Below are positions 52,801 through 64,000 of a stretch of 64,000 nucleotides of DNA, one piece after another. The translations under genes and the position numbers were made by a program. A model generated the notes under the pieces. The model was given only the letters and a program-made list of their open reading frames with translations, had not been told where the DNA came from and did no database searches. The first letter of the stretch is position 1. Each line of letters begins with the position of its first letter. This DNA is from Bugula neritina (Eukaryota; Animalia; Bryozoa), in assembly GCA_964035545.1 (NCBI GenBank), contig OZ037771.1, forward strand, positions 7,163,190 through 7,227,189. The letters are read 5' to 3'.

Positions 52801-55800
52801 CAATCCCATGTCCATAAAGGAACATGCTCATGATCAGTATAGCTCTTTACACTAATTAGCCTAGGGCCACACGGCGCGTATTTTCACATGCGAAAATTGA
52901 AATCACAAGTAGCAAAGGTGTCCACTGTGCGCGTTGAGAAAACATTCGCACTTGTCGCTCTGTATTTTCAACGCAAGTGTGAATCGTCTCTGTCGTCGTC
53001 ACCTAATTGGCTGGTATTATTAAGCGAGCCCAATTTCTTTATTTTAGTGCTAAATTTCAGTAAATTGCGTTTTATTGAAAGCGAGTGCGATTTAAAAATG
53101 AAAGCTTTATTTATCACGCATCACTGACGCTACAGTGGACGCCTTTGCTACTTGTGGTGTCAATTTTCGCATGCGAAAATACACACCGTGTGGCCCTAGG
53201 CTTAGTGAAACTTCAATTTTTGAATACAAATTGTCACTTTAAAAACCTGAATTTTTGTCACAGCGTTGTGTCCACAACTAACCAACGTTCAGCACGGCAG
53301 CATTCCATCAGAGTGTGTACAGTCAACTCATGATCAAGGAAAGGTTTGTGAAGTAACCTGTGACTACAGTTACATACTATACGGCTTGAGCAATAAGTAT
53401 GTATGTAATGATGGGAAATGGAGTCCTGATCCAGGATCTATACAATGTTCAAGTAAGTGTAAGAAAAAGTTCATTTTTTAGTAGTTTAGGAATATTTCTT
53501 TTAAAGTTTCTATTATTTAGAGAATAAAAACTTGATGCAAAAACTTGTTGTTATTTAGCCACTTTTAGCCTTTATTCAAAAAACTGCTTTTTTTGTCTTT
53601 TATTTTAGTCTTATCAAAACTATTACTAACAGTGTACACATATTGCAAAAGAATGCATTAACTTTGTGTGCCTGCCAACATATACTACAGTCGTGTGGAA
53701 ATCAATAAAAAAAATGAACAACAATATTTTTACAAACAAAAGAAATGAAATATAAAATTCACCATCTTTTAACTGTGGAAACATGATGAATCGATATTTC
53801 TTTGTTGAAAGATTTTTGGTGATTCTTAAAAACTAAAATATAATGAGTACATGCTTTTAATAAATTTGAAACATTATATCATTATTTGAATTACTTCTAG
53901 GTAGAGTATGTCCACCATTGAGAGGTTTTGCTAACGTCTCATTTAGAGAGGACAACTGTACCACTGGTCCAAAAGTGTCCGGAGATGTTTGCCATCCGTA
54001 CTGTGAAGACGGCTACGGTCTGTTTGATAATGAAACTGATGGATACACATGCCAGCTGAATAAACAATGGCTGCCTTCAACAATAAACATCCTTTGTATA
54101 CGTAAGTTTGAGATGAGTATACTTAAATTAGCTTCGAAAATATTATAATATATTTCACTACTTTTCTCTATTATACTATTATTTTACTATAACATAAACT
54201 GCTATGTTAATTTTGGGCAACATAAATATGATATTACTTTAACCTTGTTTATATAGTATATATTTTCGTGTGCACAAAACAATATATACTAAATAATGTT
54301 GAAGTAATATTATATTTATGCATCAAATTATAGAAAAAAATATTTTTTGTAATTATAGAATTCTGCTACAAGACATCTTTCTTTATTTGCTATTACAATG
54401 TTTTTTTATACGATCATGTTTTTCTGTTGTTTTAGCCTTATGCCCATTACTGGAAACTGTAGCAAACGGCCATATTACAGAGAAATGTCTCAGATCTAAG
54501 CAAGGTTTTGGAAAGAAATGTTCAGTACAATGTGATAGTGGTTATGAACTTGCTGGTTCAACTACAATCACCAGTGAATATGAATGTCAGTTGGACGGAT
54601 CATGGCAACCTTCTCCCGGAAGCATAAAGTGTGAACGTAAGTATATCCTTTATTGATGATCTAAAATTTCAAAATTTTACAAAAATAAGTTTTTTTATTA
54701 TATTTTACAAACATATGCATGCTGTCTACATATTGAATGTTTTAGCAAATAGATGCAGCAAGTAATGTAGTTTGAGTATATATCTTGGTGTTTAATTTTT
54801 ATCTAAATCCTAATAGTTTATACAATATATATAAACTAAGAAGCTATGAAATTTTTTACAAGTATTGATATAATTATATAGATATATTAGTCAGAGAAAA
54901 ATATCGTTATTTTATATCCTAACTTTGTTATAAATTTTATTTTTATCTTTTTTTATAGAATTATTTTTTATTTTTAGCAACTACTTGCCCTCCATTAAAT
55001 GAAATAGAAAATGGACGTTTTCGAGACAGGGCATGCATTTTATACCATCTGTTTTATACGGAAATATGCTACGCTAGCTGCAATGAAGGTTATGTAATCT
55101 CAGATCCAAAAGGAATATACACTTGTGAGGCAAATATGCAATGGCATCCACCAGCCAACACCATAACCTGTGCACGTAAGTAAGTTTGATTATTTAATTT
55201 TCATGCTCTAAAATGAAACTATTAAAAGTACCTATTGCCCTAAAAGCTGTCAAAGAGCACAGGCTAGACTTATTCTAGATCATGACCCCTTTCTCAGCAT
55301 TCAATATATTTGATAGCATAAAAAATCTATATTTTTTTTAAGCATCAGTTAGTTTTTCACTTTTTTAGCAATATAAAGGGTATATCACATGTTATGCTAG
55401 TGTCATTTGAAACATGATATTTTTTTAACTATATTTATTATACATATGCGTCATATAATTAGTGCTATGCTTGTTGCAAAAAGCTTTAACCAGGTCTTCT
55501 TGCAACATAATTACGCAAAAAGTGTAATAATTGATTTTACCACTCACGGTTAATTTTACCCAATGCACGCTATCTGTCACTTTGAAAAATAATTTAACAA
55601 AAACACATTACTCCAGTTTTTTTATTTTTACTGTTATTTATGTATCAACAAAAGAACTTTTTGTTTTTTAGGTCAGTGTCCTGCATTACGTGGCGTAACC
55701 TTAGCAACCTTAACTCCGGCATTTTGTCACACTTATTGGCAAAATCAAGGAGCAACGTGCAAAGTCAACTGTGACGATGGTACAAGCTTGGTTGGAACAA

Positions 55801-58800
55801 ATGATGTGTTTACATGTGGCCCAGGAGGAATTTGGACACCTGCGGTTGGATCTATACAATGTGCTGGTAAAAGCAATCTAGTACAAAAAAGCCAGATGGC
55901 TGCCATTACTTATTCTATGCATAAGACTTGTGAAAAAATAAAAGCTCCTGGTCAATACTGTAAATTAATTAAATAAACTCACAACGTCACATAATATATT
56001 TCAGCAAACTATTGCCCTGCACTAAGCCCTGTGACTAATGGAAGATTCGGGGATTACAACTGCTTATATAATAAACACTTTTACGGTACAGTCTGCGTAG
56101 TTATCTGTCAAGAAGGATACAGCACCTATGGGGGTCAAGGACATTATCGCTGTCAGGCTAATGCAGAGTGGTATCCTGCTGTCAATAGCATAGAGTGTGC
56201 CCGTGAGTGCAACTTTGAGTTGAGCTATTTTATCATCTTTTGCAAACAAGTTCAATATTCAACATATTTTGTAAGCTTTTTTGTTTTGTTTTAAATGTAT
56301 GCATAGTCAAACAAAACCATATGGAAATGCTAGACTATTTAAAACACAAATCCGATTTGGTCAAGATGTTTATTTATTTAAAAAACTTATTTATGCTGTT
56401 GGAAATTAAATTTAGGATACAAAATTAATTACGGATGTAGCTATAGTTCTGAATCCTAAAATATTCTGTTAACTTTCAGCTACTTGTCCTAAATTAAAGG
56501 AAATAGAACACGGCAGTATTAAACAAGACTGTTTAACTGAGAGACAAGCTAAGGAAAGCAGATGTGAAGTAAGTTGTGACACTGGGTATGAGCTAGCTGG
56601 ACCTCACTCAGCATATGTATGCAGTGAGGGGGGAGCATGGAGCCCCTATTACGGATCAATAAGATGCCAGAGTTAGTAGCTAAAACACAAAAATGCAGTT
56701 GTTATACTGCATTTATGTACACAGCAGTTTAAATGTAATAATAATTTTGCTAACCATGCATTTTATTAAAGCTGCCATTAATTATGCCTCACTCTTTGTA
56801 CACTGAAGGGTCAAACTGAAATTCTAACAAGCAAACAAATTAGTTCCGCGTTTAGTTTTTGACAAATATAAAATATCACTCATATTAAGCTCAGAGTAAA
56901 CAAATGTCACTTATTTGTATCCAAACAACTAATACAACTTTGCTTTTGACCAAGGTATAGGTTTGTGTAAAGGAAAGAATTGTGCTGATATTCATTTGCG
57001 TTTATAACACGAATATTTTAAGCACACAACAGTTTTGATTATATTAAGCCTATTCATAGGTAAACTGGATAATTGTTGATTAATATATATAAATCATTTG
57101 TTAGTATTATTTTCAAACACTTAAAATATGGCTGCTACATTTAAGTGTTGAGTCTCTAATTTCTTTTGCTTTAGTTATAAAATGTCCAAAACTGGATGCG
57201 GTGAGGTTCGGAGAGTTCAGCCAAACCTACTGTGATCGGGTAGCATCTGACTATGACTCAACTTGCACAGTTCAGTGTCGTCCAACCTTTCTACGTTCTC
57301 ATGAAACTGGAAACTATATTTGCAAGCTGAATAAAATGTGGGATCCACCTGCAAACACTATTTTATGTTATCGTAAGTTACCTCATAGTTAAAATTATAT
57401 AGTAATCTGACTGGTAATTTTTATAATAGGATTTGAGATGAAATTCATATGTTCCTTTTTTAAAAACATCCCTGCACTACTGTAGTAAATGTGATCAAAT
57501 AAAATACTTAGAAAAATTGAAAAGCTTTAGTAAAAAGTCTGTGCCTTGGCATCTATTAAAAAAACATCACTTTCTGAGAAAAGCAAACAAAACCTTTTCA
57601 CCTGCTTTTGTATTAAACCAATAGGCAAGCAGTGAATTTCAAATAAGACCAATCGAATGCCTCCTTTCAAAAAATTTCAAGAGTAATAGTCAAACTTAAG
57701 GGAACAATTTATTGCTTGCAACTACAGCATCCGAAAATGTGTAAATCTTTTTTTAGCAGCTTCAATAACTTTTGTTGAAGCTATGCCAAATATGTCAAAA
57801 CTCACATAATGTGAACCAAATGATAATGTCAAAATTTGATAGCAGTAGTTTATTAAAAATATAATTGAAGTTTTGTAAAAAATAAGCTTGAGTTATGACT
57901 ACGAGTTGAAGACAAGCCTAGACCATAACAAGAAAATATTTTAGCTCAACTTTCATACAACAGCCTGTAGTGTTTAGTTTACCTGAAGCCCCGATGGTGT
58001 AAGGGCTAGTGTGCCTTGGGTTCAAACTATAGTCAAGGAAAGAGTTTGATAGAGCTATTTTTAGTTTGAACTTTACCCTCTGAATAAATGTTTGTTGCTG
58101 GTATGTATGTTTGTGTTGTCAAAACTATTACATAAATGCAAAGTGGTTTAATATTTCATTTATATTTGTATGCCCAATAATTTCTTTGCAAGCTCTTACA
58201 TAATTGACCTGGATGCAAAATATGTTTATTTGTGGTTATTTATATATGTAGCCACCTGTGAGCCATTATTGGCTATCGCTAATGGCAACAGCACGGCTGA
58301 TTGTCAAAGCAGCAGACAAAATGTCGGAAGTGTCTGTCCGGTATCTTGTAATCCTATAGCAACTTTAAACAAACCAGGTGTCAGCTATGTGTGTAATGAG
58401 CAAGGAAGTTGGGAACCTAGAAATGGAGACTTGTACTGTGAAAGTAAGGAAAACTATTATATACACACCACACACACACACACACACACTCACACACTCA
58501 CACACTCACACACTCACACACTCACACACTCACACACTCACACACTCACACACTCACACACTCACACACTCACACACTCACACACTCACACACTCACACA
58601 CTCACACACTCACACACTCACACACTCACACACTCACACACTCACACACTCACACACTCACACACTCACACACTCACACACTCACACACTCACACACTCA
58701 CACACTCACACACTCACACACTCACACACTCACATACTCACACATACACTCAATAACCTGCACACGCACACACGTGCACACACACATACGAACACACACG

Positions 58801-58863
58801 CACGCTCTCTCTCACACACACACACTAATACTAACATGTACACTAACTAACACACACACACTC

Positions 58864-58903
<40 letters not shown>

Positions 58904-61900
58904 GCACGCACGCACGCACTAACTAACTAACTAACTAACTAACTAACACGCACACTTGCACTCTAACACACACACGCATGCACACACACATTATATATAT
59001 ACTCCTTATGCATTACACACAAGCAACAAAACGGCTTTATGTTTCAGCACTGATGTGTTCAGCTTTGACAGCAAAGGAAGGCCTCGTTTTCATCAGAGGC
59101 AGCTGTACAACCCAAGAAACTCATCCGACTTCTTTGTGCTCGGTCAGATGTTTAGAAGGATATGAGTATAAGAATGATTATACACACTATTTGTGTCAAT
59201 CAAATGGACTCTGGTTGCCACCAGCATCTTCTAGCCTTTGTACACGTGGGTTATTTAATTTTGCTTTAGTTGTTTTATGGTGCATAATAGGTTAAATCAT
59301 TTCAGAGAAAACTACAATTGTTTTTGCATTGAAAAATAGGGTAATGAAAGTTTTGTCTTCATTAAGTTGGCATTAATCTTTCTTGATATCTTTTGACTCA
59401 CTGTATTAAATATAGATTTTCAGCTAAGTACATTACATTAAAAATTACTTTTCATTTTGCCATTTAGGGCGCTTTCCTATTGATCCCTATGCGTAGGCTC
59501 TACGCATTATTTTTGAAGCAATTACAGTAACTTTACATTGTTGTAACAAATTACCATTTTTATTCATTTTTATTGTCTTAACATGTCAACTTTTAAAAAG
59601 GATCAAAGTATAGTAATTTGGGTCTCGCATCAAAATAATTCCAGCAAGTTTTAATAAATTAAAGCTAATAATGGATGCCTCGCTGAGTTGAAATCGGCTG
59701 AGTTTAAGGTATTTCAGCAAAAGATAATATACTTGTCTTCTGTTTACGTTATGTTTTTGATAATTATCTTTAAGTGATTTTGCAGAGTATAAAGTATGTT
59801 CTACTAAGTATGTAGCTACGCCTGTAGGTGTGCAATGCTCTCCACTGCCAGTAGTTCAGAATGGTGAATATAATGAAGCCAAATGTGACGACCCGGCAGA
59901 ATTGAGAAAATACGAAGATCTTTGTAAAGTAACTTGCAACACCGGGTATTTTATATCTGAAGAAGTTGAGTGGAGTTGTTTGTCCAATAGAATGTGGTCC
60001 AACATAACAAAAACTGTCAGCTGCACATGTATGCTATATATAGCTTACGAATCATTTATTCACTTTAAGAGTTGTGTTTATATGCATTGTATATTAGTAT
60101 AGTGATTAAAACCTTTTTTTCCATTTAATTAGCAATTATCGTAATATAAAAGCATTATTTACTTTTGAGCTCTTTAGCAAGGGTTTAGTAGCAATCACTT
60201 TATTATTGAATAACTAATAAATAACATAACAGTATTTTGAAATATTTTTTGCAAATGCAAATTGCAGGTCACATTTTTTGCTTGTTTACAACTTTGTCAA
60301 TAGAAAGTTATCTATTTTATATTATAACCCTGTGAAAAATCTTTTGTAGTGTGGCCAGTTGATTTTCTGAATATAGCCGAGCTCTCTAATATCAATGGAT
60401 ACTCAGTCACATATAAAGTCAACTCAGATGCTAATGTGAATCAAAATAAAGACAGACTCAAAATACAAATGTGCAAATCATTTGGAAATAGAGCATGTGA
60501 TGAAAAAGATTTCTCTATAGCCGACTCCGTAACCACCCTCCAAATTCCTGATAGTTTGTTGATTGGAGAATGGGAGTTTACTCTCTTTCATATAAAAACG
60601 AATGAGATCAGTGCGGCTAGTAACAAAAAGACTTTAATTCGCAGTAAGTTGGCAATTGTATTATTTTCTTCTCCTAAGACAATAAAATTTAGAATTTATT
60701 TATCAAAAAGACTCTTTTGCACAACCAAACAAAATTTAGGGATAGTGCAAAGTTTTAAAATTGGAGCACCTTGCCGCTAAGCTAATTCACTAAATAAATA
60801 ATGTAATTTTTTAAATAATTAAATTTATACAATAAATGTTTTTTGTAAAAATTTAGAGCCCAAGCTGCCTGAAGACATACAAGCTGCCACTCGCCAACCT
60901 CCTAATGAGGATAGAGTTCAATTACAGTGGACGCCACCAACTACATACTATTCTTATGTTCAAATCATTTGCAATTATGAATGTTGCAACACAAATAGAA
61001 ATAAAAAGGTAAAGTATTGTATGCATTGCTAACTCGTATTCTTGTTAATTGCTTTTCTTACTTAATCACTTTCAGCAATAATCAAATAATGTATTCAACT
61101 TACATATACATTCTTAAAGTTAAATATGTTCTGCAATTTGAGAATCATTATCTGATCATCTTGCTATATTTTAAACAGTATAGTAAACATACCAGTATAA
61201 CATTTATCAGACAATAAGCAGTATAACTATTGTAAAAATATTTCATCAGCTTTAAAACCAGTCTTTTTCATTTAATTGTTATATATATGATATATAGTAC
61301 ATATATATTTCTAAAGTGCCATTAATTCTCATTATAGTTACAACAACAAGAATTTAACAAAAATAAATTAGCTAGAAAGCTGCATAAATGTAGTTTGCAC
61401 AGTTTTAGATTTTTCCAATCTTTATAACTTCTATTATATATTGCCCAAAAGTTCATCTGCTTTTGATAAATTCTTATGTTTGTTTTAGTTGACGGGAACT
61501 ATAATTGTTTTTCAAAACGTTCAGCCAGGCACGGTATGTTCTTTTACATTCAAGACAGTGTTAACAGAGCAACCAAATTATGTAATAGCATCAGAGAGCA
61601 AGGTTATCACCACAACAACATGTAGGAGTTGTCATTTCATGAATATATTCAAATATTAGCTAAAATGTCAAGTTTTTGTAACAAATATATTCTCTGGACA
61701 ACATTTTTATAGATATACATAGGTTTAAAATATTCTAGTTTTTGTTGTTGAAATATAGATAGCATACCATTTCAGACATGCATCTCTAAAGTAAGATTTC
61801 TCAACACCATAGTATGTAGAGTATTCAATAACATCTATTAATTAGTTTAACAAAACTCTTTTGCTTTTCCAAACAATAATCTATTATGTTTAGTTGTAAC

Positions 61901-63958
61901 TTAGTTTATTGTTAGAATAATATTTTAAACTTGATAATAAAACAATAGTAAATTAAGCAATTTGTTCATCACTCGTTATTGACCTTAAAATATTACGTTG
62001 ACTAAAATGAAAAATCCACTCCAAACTTATTGCACACAAAATTTGCTTGAATTATATTTACATATTTGCAGTGAACAATTTTAACAACTAACCACAAAAA
62101 TAAATCTTTTTAGATTGCATGGCTTTATTCACAATTGACTTAAAAACATTTTGAATAATCTGTTACGTAAAGTATTTCTATGTTTTTTCTAGACCCATCT
62201 AGACTTACTGACTTTCAAGTCACTGCTTCACCAGTTTTGAATACCAAGTTTATCAGAAGTGTTGACTTTCTGGCTGAGGTGTACTGGCATGAAGCCAAAG
62301 GGAATATTAATAAGATCATACTTGCTGCGTACATTGTGGAAGAAAACCGCACACCACTAATTATTCAGCTTCCTAGTGACAGAGGTATACTTTTCTATAC
62401 AAAATTGAATATATAGTAGAAAATAATCAGTAATTGTAGCTTATGAAATTTTTTGTTTTATGAAGTAAGAAAATATGCTTCTATAATACTTTAATAAAAA
62501 TACATAGCATAGTGTACTGGAAACAATATTAGATTTTAAAAGAAAGTTTTTGGTTTTACATGAATGAGTCTTACAGTATACTTAATATTGTCAAGTTTGG
62601 TTAAAATATGCCCGGTTTTTTAGTTTAGGTGTTTAAATAATTATTATAGTATGTATGTTTTCTCAAAGCAATCACGAAACTGTAAATAATTGGTGACAAG
62701 ATCTAATTAAAACTGTACTTTTATATTCAATAACAAAGAACATAATAATTCAATTCATAGTTTGAATAGAATAATACTTTTTATGTCTTATTAAAAGAGT
62801 TTAAAGCTGACCTGATATATGTTTCTGTTAGTCGACGAAAGTACTACATCCAGTAGTCACAGAATCACACTACCTGATGGACATCCTATTCCTGGTGCTA
62901 CCTACAAGTTCAGTGCTACAGCAGTTGGAGCCAATAATCTAATAGCACCTCCGACTACGGTCACCATAGAGCTTCGTACGTGCTCAGCTTATCACTCACA
63001 AATTTACGCAGTTTCTCAGGAATCATAGCGTCACATAGAGTTCTCTTCGACAAATTAATTAACACTGTTGTATTTTAATAACATAACAATCCCACTCAGG
63101 TTTAATATCACTATCCTTGTGAGAAAGTCTTGAAAGAAAGCGGTTGTTTGAAAGCAGGCTCAGCACTTACTCACATGTGTCACAGGTTAGAGCAGTTATG
63201 ACCAGATGCTTGTAACAAAAAAATTAGGTTTACGGAAAAGATAATTTAACATTATAGATAAATTGCTTTAAAAAAGCAGCCGTGGTTTAAGGGTTAGAGT
63301 GTTTGCTTAGTGAACAAGAAGCCATGGGTTTGAGCCTGGACATTAAGGCCATTGGTGATGTTACGAAGAGCATCCTTTCATAATTGCTCATGTGCCTCAT
63401 CTGAACAAGTCCTTAGCTCACTTTAACAAAAACCTTTTTCATCAGGGGTTTCTCACAAGAAATGACAACTATAAACTTGTGTGAGTGCGTGGGTGAGAGT
63501 AAGTTGCTTTAAAAAAATATTTGATGCAATCATTTACAAACAATATATGAAACAACAAAAAGTTTTTTTATTTAGTTCCCATTACTTCCTTATTTACTTA
63601 TGTTTCATGAAAGAACATTGATGACATTATTTTATAAAAACAACATAATTTTAAACTATAAATTTTGCAGCTCCTACGCCACCAATAAACTTTGTGCTAA
63701 AATCAGACCCAAAAATATTGAACAAAACGTTTAGTTGGTCATATGATGAGGATAGTAGACAAGATGCCGTGGTTGTACGGATATGTGTCAATAATGAAAC
63801 TAAGACATGTGTGTTTGAGAAGAGATTGTTTAGTCAGGGGCCACCAACTGAGATTACCATAGTACCACTGTTTGGAAACAGAGAGTACGTGGCATATGCT
63901 ATCGCTCAGTCAAATGGGATTAACAGTTCTCCAAGTACAGCTATAACGTTTAAAGTTG
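46741..63958 (+). CDS. Gene B: paralog of gene A; signal peptide - 18x CCP - 4x FN3-like; continues past the window end
   Basis: 25 exons join in frame. Exon sizes and phases in the FN3 region match gene A closely (294, 152, 133, 192 vs 189, 144 vs 141, 288). Confidence 0.92.
47078..60028 (+). CDS. Gene B array of 18 six-cysteine CCP/sushi exons
   Basis: Exons: 47078-47275, 47916-48113 (GC donor), 48555-48749, 49363-49557, 50308-50505, 51165-51362, 52264-52455, 53264-53452, 53901-54101, 54436-54636, 54978-55175, 55672-55866, 56005-56202, 56480-56671, 57175-57372, 58252-58443, 59048-59245, 59828-60028. All are 189-201 nt and phase 1-1. Exons 54978 and 56480 are absent from the ORF track. Confidence 0.93.
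52859..53201. mobile_element. PIF/Harbinger-type MITE (343 bp) in an intron of gene B
   Basis: ~70-bp imperfect TIRs beginning GCCTAGGGCCACACGG and ending CCGTGTGGCCCTAGGC, flanked by a TTA target-site duplication (52856-52858, 53202-53204). Confidence 0.88.
58462..58992 (+). repeat. Compound CA-rich satellite: (CA)n, ~30x CACACACT, (CGCA)n, (CTAA)n
   Basis: Read directly. It fills most of the 604-nt intron 58444-59047 and explains the His/Thr-rich ORFs. Confidence 0.95.
60350..63958 (+). CDS. Gene B: four fibronectin type III-like domains
   Basis: Exons 60350-60643, 60857-61008 + 61489-61621, 62193-62384 + 62832-62975 and 63671-63958. Peptides include PKLPEDIQA..VQLQWTPP..FQNVQPGTVCSFTFKT, PGATYKFSATAVG and EYVAYAIAQSNGINSSPS. 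Confidence 0.85.
63275..63487 (+). mobile_element. tRNA-derived SINE family 1, near full-length copy (an inverted 3' fragment lies at ~63108-63216)
   Basis: AGCAGCCGTGGTTTAAGGGTTAGAGTG...CATGGGTTTGAGCC (A/B boxes), core GAAGAGCATCC, tail CATCAGGGGTTTCTCACAAGAAATGACAACTATAAACTTG. Confidence 0.78.
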
Positions 63959-64000
63959 GTAAGTTATAAACTTGTGACAGAATGTTCATTATATTATTAC

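Noticed and set aside
31384-56255. Antisense and alternative-frame ORFs overlapping CCP exons
   Set aside because: They are shadows of the GC-richer true exons, with no independent domain or splice support.
58444-59000. His/Thr-repeat (HTHTLTHS) protein
   Set aside because: Read-through from a CCP exon past an A|gtaag donor into an intronic CACACACT satellite.
31368-60028. Calling the genes P-selectin, CR1/CR2, factor H, SVEP1, CSMD or fester
   Set aside because: Only the CCP module is shared. The diagnostic lectin, EGF, CUB or vWA domains are absent and an FN3 block is present, so no gene symbol is assigned.

Overview
AT-rich, intron-rich animal genomic DNA, probably from an invertebrate (a tunicate or other invertebrate deuterostome is a guess from the expanded six-cysteine sushi modules). 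The six-frame ORFs are mostly single exons that run into introns. Splicing them by hand shows a cluster of three paralogous genes for large cell-surface proteins. Gene A (- strand, ~41626 to 21291) is complete except for its signal-peptide exon: 16 six-Cys CCP/sushi domains, 4 FN3-like domains, 1 further CCP, a TM helix and a ~480-aa low-complexity tail with paired YxxL/I motifs, ~2,000 aa in all. Gene B (+ strand, 46741 to beyond the window end) lies head-to-head with A: signal peptide, 18 CCPs and 4 FN3-like domains with the same exon structure. Gene C shows two CCP exons at the left edge that the ORF track misses. Each CCP is one symmetric phase-1 exon and the tail is built of symmetric phase-2 exons. 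Between C and A lie a decayed multi-exon KDZ-type (CxC domain) transposase, an RTE LINE fragment, tRNA-derived SINEs, microsatellites and a long inverted repeat. A non-autonomous hAT element with an 8-bp TSD and a CR1/L2-type LINE fragment sit between A and B, and a Harbinger-type MITE sits in an intron of B. All calls come from manual reading and motif recall; no database searches were run.
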